In this document: piece after piece, positions 14,897-22,850 of the stretch
Position numbering within the stretch: the stretch's first letter is position 1
Layout of the letters: each line of letters begins with the position of its first letter
Origin: Synechococcus sp. A15-28
GTDB taxonomy: Bacteria > Cyanobacteriota > Cyanobacteriia > PCC-6307 > Cyanobiaceae
Length of the DNA stretch: 32,000 nucleotides
Assembly (NCBI RefSeq): GCF_014280175.1
Contig: NZ_CP047931.1
Span: forward strand, 390,001-422,000
Reading direction: 5' to 3'
Translations under genes and position numbers: made by a program
Notes under the pieces: model-generated
Told to the model about the DNA's origin: nothing
The model's database searches: none
Seen by the model: only the letters and a program-made list of their open reading frames with translations

Positions 14897-17023
14897 TCAA
14901 GCAGACGTGGAGCAAGTCTGCATTAACTGTTGTTTGAGCTGAATCAGCAAAGGTTGTAGCTGCAGCGTCTCACTAAGAGCAGACAATTGCTCTAGTGCGA
15001 CATTGGAACCCTGGTCGATCCTAATTTTCATGATCTGATTCCAAGTATCCAAAGCTTCAATCTGGCAATCGCGCAAAGACGATCGATGGTCGTATAACTC
15101 ATAGATCAACGTCTCTTCTTTCTTGCCTTTCACAGTGATTTTGCCGATCATTTTGAAGGCAAATTTGTGGGTCGCATTTTCCTGTGCAAGCTGTATAAGA
15201 ATTGCTTCGCTTACGATAATATTCGTCTTGAACTCCTTGTTGGCACCTTCAAGGCGACTAGCCAAATTGACTGTGTCACCAACGATTGTGTAGTTAAATC
15301 GATTTTCAGATCCAACATTGCCAACAATAGCTTCCCCAAAATGGACGCCAATACGTGTGTCAAACTTAAGAGGTGACTTTCGAACAGACCACTCATCACG
15401 AAGTCTATTGCTCGCGTTGCGAACGGCAATCGCCGTATCACACGCGAGTTCGCATGGGTTCGGCAGCGGTGTTGGCATCCCCCACATCACCATCAGAGAG
15501 TCTCCGATGTATTTGTCGACCGTTCCGCGGCTGGCTAGAACTTGCTCGGTAAGTTCTGTGAAATATTCATTCAGATAACTGAACAGTTCTTGGGTCTCTA
15601 TTGATTCTGTATAGGACGTAAAGTTTTCAATATCAGTAAACATCACAGCAATATTTTCTGAATTGCCACCTAGCTCCGCAGTACGATCATCCAGAAGCAG
15701 CAACCTCACGACTTCGCGTGGTAGGTAACGAGAGAAAGATTCAATTGCTCGTGTAAGCCGGTTGGTGGCTTGAGAAACATTATTGATTTCGCTGATCCAA
15801 GCCTTGTTAATTGCATAGCGTTTGCTCAGCTCTAAATCCAAACTGCTGAGCGCTTGAATGCGGGCAACGATTTGATTCAATGGCCGTGTCAACTGACGGC
15901 AAACAAAATAAATTGCAATACTTGTGATCAATAAAGTTGATAGTTGAAGTAATAATAATGATTTTAATGATCGATTGAGTGGAGCAAAAACTGTCTCTTT
16001 GTCGATGGCATTCACTGCAATCCAGTCGGAATTCCCTGCAGATGAAGACATGGCAAATGTGAGAAGAGGAATGCCATCAAGATTGATTTCTTGAAATGTG
16101 TTGAAGTTGCCTCTTCTTGTGATCAGCTTATTGAGACGCCCCCATGCCGTTGTCGATAATCGATTCGGCGAAAGGATTGAAATCCTGACAAATCGAGAAT
16201 CTGTTGCGGTTGGGAAGACAATATTACCACTCTCAAAAATTAGGTACGTAACACGACCATTGTAGTCTCCACGATGAAACTCTAAATAATCCTGAGACGC
16301 TTTCGGTTCAGACTGATCATTCGATCTGGTGCTTAACTTGAGGTTTTCATCATTCCTAAACTGATCACTACCAGCAACTCCAATGGCAGAACCAAGCTTC
16401 TCCAAAGGCAGGCAAAAGCTAAGGATGCCAATAACCTCTGATGATTTTTCCGGATTTGGACTGAAGATGGGTTGATCGGCACTTAAGCATCCTTCTGTTT
16501 TAAAACCAGCCTGCTGATATGCCACACTCCAGGTGAAATTACCCTGACTTGCCTTCTTAAAACCATCGTATGCCGTATGCCTGAGCTCAAGCAACCGTTT
16601 CTGATGAGAGGACTTTTCACGTTTGAAGCTGGTATAGAGAAGTTTGCCATTAATATCAAAGACACGCCACACTCGATCAGGGGTAAGTTGTGTTATTTCA
16701 TTGAGGGATGCTGAGATTTGTTTGTCATCAAGTTGAACAATTCCAGGGAGTTTGCTGAGACCATTCATCAACAAAATAGTTGACTCTTTCCATTGATTGA
16801 TATTTCCCACCAAGCCCATAACTTGATCTCGATTTCTGAGGTGCGTATTGCGGATCAGGCGTTCCGAAGTGGCACGAAAAATAATGATATTACCTGCAGA
16901 AAATAGCAATATGATCACTAAAGTAATCTGAGTTGTGAATGTGAATTGAAGTGACTTGACGAATTTAAGCTTTTGCTTGATGCTCGAGCTTGTAAATAGT
17001 TTTTGTCCGAGGTTAACTTTCAT
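14897..17023 (-). CDS. Membrane-bound class III adenylate cyclase: TM, about 300-aa periplasmic Cache-like domain, TM, HAMP, cyclase domain
   Basis: Cyclase motifs are IAVMFTDIENFT, VDKYIGDSLMVMWG (metal Asp residues, with a Lys at the adenine-specifying position) and IVGDTVNLASRLEG. The two hydrophobic helices are LVIILLFSAGNIIIF and LLLLQLSTLLITSIAIYFV. An amphipathic HAMP-like linker follows. ATG at 17023. Confidence 0.9.
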   Translation of the reverse strand: MKVNLGQKLFTSSSIKQKLKFVKSLQFTFTTQITLVIILLFSAGNIIIFRATSERLIRNTHLRNRDQVMGLVGNINQWKESTILLMNGLSKLPGIVQLDDKQISASLNEITQLTPDRVWRVFDINGKLLYTSFKREKSSHQKRLLELRHTAYDGFKKASQGNFTWSVAYQQAGFKTEGCLSADQPIFSPNPEKSSEVIGILSFCLPLEKLGSAIGVAGSDQFRNDENLKLSTRSNDQSEPKASQDYLEFHRGDYNGRVTYLIFESGNIVFPTATDSRFVRISILSPNRLSTTAWGRLNKLITRRGNFNTFQEINLDGIPLLTFAMSSSAGNSDWIAVNAIDKETVFAPLNRSLKSLLLLQLSTLLITSIAIYFVCRQLTRPLNQIVARIQALSSLDLELSKRYAINKAWISEINNVSQATNRLTRAIESFSRYLPREVVRLLLLDDRTAELGGNSENIAVMFTDIENFTSYTESIETQELFSYLNEYFTELTEQVLASRGTVDKYIGDSLMVMWGMPTPLPNPCELACDTAIAVRNASNRLRDEWSVRKSPLKFDTRIGVHFGEAIVGNVGSENRFNYTIVGDTVNLASRLEGANKEFKTNIIVSEAILIQLAQENATHKFAFKMIGKITVKGKKEETLIYELYDHRSSLRDCQIEALDTWNQIMKIRIDQGSNVALEQLSALSETLQLQPLLIQLKQQLMQTCSTSA

Positions 17024-18017
17024 TGTCAATCAACTGCTTTGTGTTTTGGTAGGATTTAAACCACTTCAAAGATGCGAAGGCGATCAAAGATGCTAGGCCT
17101 CCAAATAACAAGATAGAAACTAGACGTTGACGAGCCTTTTTGAACAGAATGGCTTGTTCTCTTTCAACGAGAAGTGCCATATTCGCTGCTGGAATATATT
17201 GATATGCGCCAACGACCGGCTTCTGCTCATGATTCAGGTACAAATAGGTGCCTTTGCGATTACTAAGGGCATTGGTAATCCCTTCACTTTTAAGCGCAGG
17301 ATATTCAGTGGCATTATTAGGGTTATAAATTTCTGTTGTGCGACTTAAGGATGTATACGCAATCGCCAATGTCCTTTCAGGAGGGTCTAGCTCGCGAACG
17401 TCTCCAGGAGTGAACATAGACTCATAAAGTGTTTTTGGATTGACGTCAACTGCGTAATAGCCTCGACGCTTATTTGTGTTATCGCGAATCGGAAATGCCA
17501 GTGTGGTTGTGGGGCGCCCTGAAAGTGGATCTTTGAAGAATCTCAGACTGCTATTAACTGACTTTTGGGGATCAATGTACGTCGTTGTATTTTGAACAGG
17601 TTGATAGCGTCCGACTTTTTTAATATCTGTAGAAAGGGAAAAAATGGCACCAGGAGTTAGTATGGAAATACTTTCCGCAGCAATATTTTGCTGGAATATT
17701 TTGCTGGTGTCTATGTTGCCTGTGAGTTTGGTTTGAGTATTGTTCGTACCTGGACGGAAGCGACGTTTGGATGATAGAACTTTGATAGTTTGATCTTGAA
17801 ATTCTGGATCTCCAAGGTGATTGATGATCGTTGATATTAAACTCTCTTTGGCGTTCTTAAATAAATCGGCACGAGACGTCAGCACATTTTTTTGAGCTTG
17901 ATAAGCCTCACGACCCAAGTTTTGAGTCTCACCATAGTATGTGATGAGTCCGATGGACCCCGTTATAGAAAGAGAAACGATGAGAATTTCCGTGCATGAA
18001 TAATTTCGCATTTTCAT
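17013..18017 (-). CDS. Stand-alone two-TM periplasmic sensor-like (Cache/CHASE-like) protein without a cytoplasmic output domain
   Basis: The N-terminal TM is ILIVSLSITGSIGLITYY, followed by about 290 aa of extracytoplasmic sequence ending ...KGTYLYLNHEQKPVVGAYQYIPAANMALLVERE (Cache-like end pattern). The C-terminal TM is LVSILLFGGLASLIAFASL, with only about 15 cytoplasmic residues. The ATG at 18017 overlaps the SBP stop as ATGA. Confidence 0.7.
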   Translation of the reverse strand: MKMRNYSCTEILIVSLSITGSIGLITYYGETQNLGREAYQAQKNVLTSRADLFKNAKESLISTIINHLGDPEFQDQTIKVLSSKRRFRPGTNNTQTKLTGNIDTSKIFQQNIAAESISILTPGAIFSLSTDIKKVGRYQPVQNTTTYIDPQKSVNSSLRFFKDPLSGRPTTTLAFPIRDNTNKRRGYYAVDVNPKTLYESMFTPGDVRELDPPERTLAIAYTSLSRTTEIYNPNNATEYPALKSEGITNALSNRKGTYLYLNHEQKPVVGAYQYIPAANMALLVEREQAILFKKARQRLVSILLFGGLASLIAFASLKWFKSYQNTKQLIDNES

Positions 18018-19390
18018 GACCGCTCCCACTTTTTGAAGATTGATTCAATGGAATCTATGGCGTTATCTACAGCGCGCTCAACTGGGATACCATTCTCGCA
18101 AACCTGTTGGATTGCCTGGGCCCAAATATTTTGTCGCCTCACTTCCGTGTATGCGGGATTATATATTTGATAGGCAAGCTTGTAGTTATTGACCGTTTCT
18201 CTTGAAGCCTGTATGTGGGTGTTTCGTAGTTCGTTCCAGAAAGGATTCTCGAGAATACTGATGGAAACTGGTAAGTACCTTCCCTGGGATCCTTCCACGT
18301 AACGAGAAAGATTTTCTGGCTTGATCAGGTGTCGTGCAAAAGACTTAGCTTCATTTATCTTTGCTCCATCAAAAATAAACATTTGTTTGACAGAAATATC
18401 TGTACGGACAGGTTCGCCGTCGAGTCCCTTCGGCCATCCAACAGAGGCTATTCTTTCATAATAAGCGACTTCGTCGGCTGTTTGAGACCCTGGAATTGAA
18501 AGTGTTGGATTAGCTGTCATTAACGATAGGCTGCTGAGAAAGTCGATATTGTTGTCTACATCTCCCCATTCAGTCGCTTTTTTCGAGACCCATCCCTTCT
18601 TATAAAAGCTTATATAATCTTTCATTGCAGCAATAATTTTACTTCTTTCATCTGCATCGCTCAACATGAGCTTGCCATCATCGCTAAGGATTTTCGCACC
18701 GTGTGCCTCAAGGAAAAAGTCAAATAGAATGTGGGTATCTGATGTTGAACTGGCCATGGGTAGGCCGATCCCCTTGATATCTACAAACCCAGCATCAATA
18801 GCTCTTTGCTGGTTATCCCCCCAGAATGTCCAGAACTCATTCCAAGTGTCGGGAATACTGATGTCTAATTCGGTATTATTCGCTTCCTGGAGAAGGTCTT
18901 TCCAGTAGTGAATGTATGCAGAGCTAACGGATAGTGGTACAGAGTAAGGGGAGCGAAGTCCAGAAGATTTATTGAGGAACGTAATGTTTTCAATGATGCC
19001 CGGGGAGTAATCGTCAATAAATTTGTTGATAACATCATCGGTTGGCACCACAAATCCCTTGTAGGCAAAAGTTGGACCATGACTGTCTCCCACGCTGTAG
19101 CCATACATCAAGTCTGGCTTAGGACCTCCATTCAAAATTTGTGTTGCTCGCTGTGAAATCTCTCCATCATTGAAAAAGACAAGGTCGACTTTTTTACCGC
19201 TTTCTTTCTCCCATTTCCTTGTAATGGCCTCGATGGCATCTGTTTCTTCAGGGTAATACCCCTCAGACCACCAAACCAGCAGATCTCGCTCAGTGGAATT
19301 GTCAGTTGCCACCGGATTTAGGCCTGTCATGCCACAACCACCCAGCATCAGGCTGAAGAGTAGTGAAGTAAGGGGAAGATGAAGTTTCAC
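18014..19390 (-). CDS. Extracellular solute-binding lipoprotein (ABC-type family 1, sugar-like) without a cognate permease or ATPase nearby
   Basis: The GTG start gives MKLHLPLTSLLFSLMLGGCG, with the lipobox LGGC. The length of about 458 aa and the sequence pattern (LLVWWSEGY...KKVDLVFFNDGE...) are typical of SBP_bac_1/8 proteins. Confidence 0.8.
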   Translation of the reverse strand: MKLHLPLTSLLFSLMLGGCGMTGLNPVATDNSTERDLLVWWSEGYYPEETDAIEAITRKWEKESGKKVDLVFFNDGEISQRATQILNGGPKPDLMYGYSVGDSHGPTFAYKGFVVPTDDVINKFIDDYSPGIIENITFLNKSSGLRSPYSVPLSVSSAYIHYWKDLLQEANNTELDISIPDTWNEFWTFWGDNQQRAIDAGFVDIKGIGLPMASSTSDTHILFDFFLEAHGAKILSDDGKLMLSDADERSKIIAAMKDYISFYKKGWVSKKATEWGDVDNNIDFLSSLSLMTANPTLSIPGSQTADEVAYYERIASVGWPKGLDGEPVRTDISVKQMFIFDGAKINEAKSFARHLIKPENLSRYVEGSQGRYLPVSISILENPFWNELRNTHIQASRETVNNYKLAYQIYNPAYTEVRRQNIWAQAIQQVCENGIPVERAVDNAIDSIESIFKKWERS

Positions 19391-19471
19391 GCCTGATAGG
19401 CCTAGTTTAATTATCCTAGCAATCTTTTTTGGCTTTGCAGCACGATGAGAACGTTAAAAACCTTTGAAACG

Positions 19472-20452
19472 TTACCAAGAGGTTAAGGCGATTACCCAGA
19501 TCGGAAGAGTGAAGATCAAAATGATATTGCTGATGATCAGGGATTGCACAATCAGGGCTCGATCTAGGTTGAAGTTTTCAGCCAAGACAAGCGTCGCAAA
19601 GGCGCAGGGCATTCCTGACTGAAGAACGAGAATCAACCTTTCTGGGCCCGCAAATCCAGTTGCAGTAAGTAATGCCCCTACCAGGATTGGCACGGCAATC
19701 ATCTTGATCAAGACAGCTTTCAAAGGCAGTTGGAATGAGCCGGAACCGCTGAGCTGTTCGATTCGCATTCCCATGGTGAGGAGTGCGAGCATGATTGAAG
19801 TCCAAGCGATAACGCTGAGGATGTTGCTCAGAAGATCTGGGATTTCAACCAGCTTCAGAAGAAGGCCTACGCCAAAAGCGATGAGCGATGGATTTTTATA
19901 GAGGAGTTTGCTTGTCCTGACGAGTGCGCTAAGAAAGCCATTGCTGTTATCACCACCATCCCCTCGAGTCGCAATCCAGGAGCCCAGTCCATAGCCACCT
20001 AAAATCGTCCCAAAAATATCGTATAAAACTGCGATGCCAAAGTAATTTGGGCCAAGCTGAGGTAGTAATAAGACGACTGGAAATCCAATATAACTTGTAT
20101 TACCGATATAACTGCTGAGCTGGAAGCTTCGTCGGGTATTCAATGAAATCGATTTTCTTGATCCCAGAACGTATGACGAAAAAAGCAGACCGAGGCCGAT
20201 GACCAAGCAAGCAGTGACTGGAGCTATCCAGGCATTTGCGCTTAATTCGGCGTTGCGAACGAAATTGGCAATTCCGATCGGGATGCCAACACGCAGTAGA
20301 AATTGTGCAAGGAAAGAAGGGATGCTGCGGCTGTACCGCTCTCCGGTGGCTCCTCCATAGGACACCAAGAGTTTGCTGATCAGAATTCCGCTGCCCACAG
20401 CTGCCACGATGGGCAGGTAGACAGAGGTGACAATGGAAGAGAGGTTGGTCAA
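19472..20452 (-). CDS. Auxin efflux carrier (AEC) family membrane transporter
   Basis: About 10 hydrophobic helices in two halves separated by a hydrophilic loop, with length and C-terminal pattern (VLQSGMPCAFATLVLAENFNLD) typical of Mem_trans. TTG start. Confidence 0.75.
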   Translation of the reverse strand: MTNLSSIVTSVYLPIVAAVGSGILISKLLVSYGGATGERYSRSIPSFLAQFLLRVGIPIGIANFVRNAELSANAWIAPVTACLVIGLGLLFSSYVLGSRKSISLNTRRSFQLSSYIGNTSYIGFPVVLLLPQLGPNYFGIAVLYDIFGTILGGYGLGSWIATRGDGGDNSNGFLSALVRTSKLLYKNPSLIAFGVGLLLKLVEIPDLLSNILSVIAWTSIMLALLTMGMRIEQLSGSGSFQLPLKAVLIKMIAVPILVGALLTATGFAGPERLILVLQSGMPCAFATLVLAENFNLDRALIVQSLIISNIILIFTLPIWVIALTSW

Positions 20453-20542
20453 ACGTCTTCGATCCTGATGTCCAGGATTAACTGATTAAACGTTGGCACG
20501 CGAGTGGGCGATGGTCAATCTTTTGTTGGTTTGATGTGACGC

Positions 20543-21238
20543 TCAAGGGCGGACAAGCTGATCGATTGAAATTTCACCATAAAAAACCTTCAAGTCTTGT
20601 TCGTATCGCTGCAAGACAAGATTCTTCAGCCCTGAATCATGGAAGTATTGGCTGACATCTGTTCGGTCTTCTGCACGTCTACGGTTTTTTTGTGGAAGGT
20701 CCCCCAGCGAAGGCAGGCCTTCGCGCTGCAGTTGTTGTTGAAGGGCTTTCCAATCTTGATTCATGTGTTCAATTCTTCCGATGAATCCTGGGATAATTTG
20801 TTCGTCAAGGCAGAGGATTGATGTCTGAGGAAGTAAATGGATGTCGATCTCTTGATCAGGCGTGCTATTGACCCGCTCAAGAAACTGGGCAAATGGCATG
20901 TCGCGCCAGAGTCCCATCGCTTGCATGGGAGCGGGCACCTCGTCGAGTTCAAGGATTTTGTTGTTGTAAGCGGAAACCAGCCGGTCGAACGGATTTCGGA
21001 CAAAGCTGAAGCAGAAGTGCGTGCCACGACACATCCTTGCTGTGTGGTTGTTCACCATGCAGGTTTCCCCTTTGGTGGCTTTGCTCCAAAACGCATCCGA
21101 GGTGGTCCGCAATCCTTGCTCCGGGTTCTGCGTCAGTAGTCGGCTGAGACTGGCTTTGATCGAACTGTTGGCCACCTTCGGGACGCGTCCGTAAAGGAGA
21201 GGCAGGTCTCGGAACTGAATGAAGTGACGCTCGTTCAC
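20543..21238 (-). CDS. Carbohydrate sulfotransferase (Sulfotransfer_2-like), paralog b
   Basis: RVPKVANSSIKASL is a 5'-PSB-like element and FVRNPFDRLVSAYNNKI a 3'-PB-like element. The GTG start overlaps the upstream stop as GTGA. Paralog of 22074..22850. Confidence 0.8.
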   Translation of the reverse strand: MNERHFIQFRDLPLLYGRVPKVANSSIKASLSRLLTQNPEQGLRTTSDAFWSKATKGETCMVNNHTARMCRGTHFCFSFVRNPFDRLVSAYNNKILELDEVPAPMQAMGLWRDMPFAQFLERVNSTPDQEIDIHLLPQTSILCLDEQIIPGFIGRIEHMNQDWKALQQQLQREGLPSLGDLPQKNRRRAEDRTDVSQYFHDSGLKNLVLQRYEQDLKVFYGEISIDQLVRP

Positions 21239-22077
21239 AGCTCCCAGTAGTCGATGGGTTTACCCATGTAGGCCAGCATCTGCTCGCTGTCTGGCCGAAT
21301 GCGACGCAGAACACGGCGCTTCAACCCGTCTCTCCACTGTGGCTTTTCGACGTGACCGCGACCTTTCTCGCCGGCTTGATTTTCCCTGGGCAGCTGTCCA
21401 TTGCTATCCAGAAGCCTTTTAACCCTCGGCTTGACGCCAAGAAACCGCATCATCTGGCGTAAGGAACGCCGGGGTGAGCTCAGCAGATCTTCAAATGTCA
21501 TGCAGTGAATCTGCTCATCTGGATAGAAACGACGGAATGCCGATAGACGTTGGTAGTACATCGAACAACCCACGATGAGTCGACGCAGGTGACGGTCGCG
21601 CATGAGTTCGCTGAAATCAGCGCACTCCGGATTTCGCCCGCGGTAGTGACGCCACTGGGACACGATCCGATCCAAAGGATGGCGAACGATGTAAATCAGT
21701 TTGAGATCCGGAAGGTAGCGATGCATCAATTCCGGCGTGCTGCTGAAGGAATGCAAGCCACTGGCATACATCGTGCTGCCTTCCCCCCTGAGAAGGTGAT
21801 TCTTGCCTTTGTTGAATCTTGATGCATACCAATCCCAACCCTTTTTGTAGTAACGGCCGAAGAACTTTGGCTCTTTGGGTTTACTGATGAAAACGTCTGG
21901 ATGCTGCGGAAGGATGGTGGTCAGGGTTGTTGTGGCGGATTTAGCGGCGCCAATGATGATGAAGTTGGGCAAGGAGTCGCGATATTGATCAACGATCTCA
22001 GCATGTTGGCCGCGAATGCCCTTGCGGATCAATTTCGTTGAACACAGATCGGATGGCATGACGAGGATGTTGGTCAA
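21235..22077 (-). CDS. Sulfotransferase (Sulfotransfer_1/3-like, PAPS-dependent)
   Basis: FIIIGAAKSATTTL is the 5'-PSB loop and VRHPLDRIVSQW the 3'-PB motif. The TTG at 22077 overlaps the upstream stop as TTGA. ATG at 22059 is an alternative start. Confidence 0.8.
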   Translation of the reverse strand: MTNILVMPSDLCSTKLIRKGIRGQHAEIVDQYRDSLPNFIIIGAAKSATTTLTTILPQHPDVFISKPKEPKFFGRYYKKGWDWYASRFNKGKNHLLRGEGSTMYASGLHSFSSTPELMHRYLPDLKLIYIVRHPLDRIVSQWRHYRGRNPECADFSELMRDRHLRRLIVGCSMYYQRLSAFRRFYPDEQIHCMTFEDLLSSPRRSLRQMMRFLGVKPRVKRLLDSNGQLPRENQAGEKGRGHVEKPQWRDGLKRRVLRRIRPDSEQMLAYMGKPIDYWEL

Positions 22078-22850
22078 GCGTTGACTTGGGCTCTCTGGCG
22101 TTTCTTGGCTTTGGCCACACCCCGTTGCAAAGGGGGCAATTTGTTTAATGGCTGGCCATCGAGAAGCGTGTCAATGCTGTAGTCGCCATAGAAGCGATTG
22201 AGATCCTGCTGGTATCGCTCGATCACCATGTCAATCAGGGCTATGGAATGGAAGAGAACACGAATGTCGCTGCGCCCTTCACGACGCACATTCTTCTGCG
22301 GTATCGCACCCAGCGTTGGCAGGCCTTCCAGCTTCATTCGGCATCGTAACCGACGCCAATGGTCGGTCATGTGCTCCATTCGGCCGACGAATTTTGGCAC
22401 AAGCTTGTTGCCCGCAAGCAGCATATCGGCTTGCGGACGCACATGATTATCGATTAGTTCTGGATCTGCCTTGCAGACAATTTCGATGAATTGGTCAAAG
22501 GCCATGCCGTGATGCAGTCCCATTTTTTTCATGGGCAATGGCACATCGTCGATTTCCAGAATCTTGTTGTTGTAAGCGGCAACGATTCGGTCGAAAGGAT
22601 TGCGGACGAAGCTGAAACTGAAGTGGCTTCCGCGAAGACGTCTGGCTTGTTGAGGTGTGACGAGCTGAGTTTCACCATTGGTGTTTTCGCGCCAAAAACG
22701 GTCGGATGTGGTCTTGATTCCGCCGGTGGGCTTTTGATTCAGAAGTTTGCATAGCGTGGCCTTGATGGAGGAGTTGGCCACCTTGGGAACACGCCCGTAC
22801 AGAAGCGGGATGTCACGGAACAGGATGAAGTGTCGAGGTGATTTGCTCAT
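22074..22850 (-). CDS. Carbohydrate sulfotransferase (Sulfotransfer_2-like), paralog a
   Basis: The internal ATG at 22850 (MSKSPRHFILFRDIPLLYGRVPKVANSSIKATL) overlaps the neuB-fusion stop as ATGA. FVRNPFDRIVAAYNNKI is present. Confidence 0.8.
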   Translation of the reverse strand: MSKSPRHFILFRDIPLLYGRVPKVANSSIKATLCKLLNQKPTGGIKTTSDRFWRENTNGETQLVTPQQARRLRGSHFSFSFVRNPFDRIVAAYNNKILEIDDVPLPMKKMGLHHGMAFDQFIEIVCKADPELIDNHVRPQADMLLAGNKLVPKFVGRMEHMTDHWRRLRCRMKLEGLPTLGAIPQKNVRREGRSDIRVLFHSIALIDMVIERYQQDLNRFYGDYSIDTLLDGQPLNKLPPLQRGVAKAKKRQRAQVNA

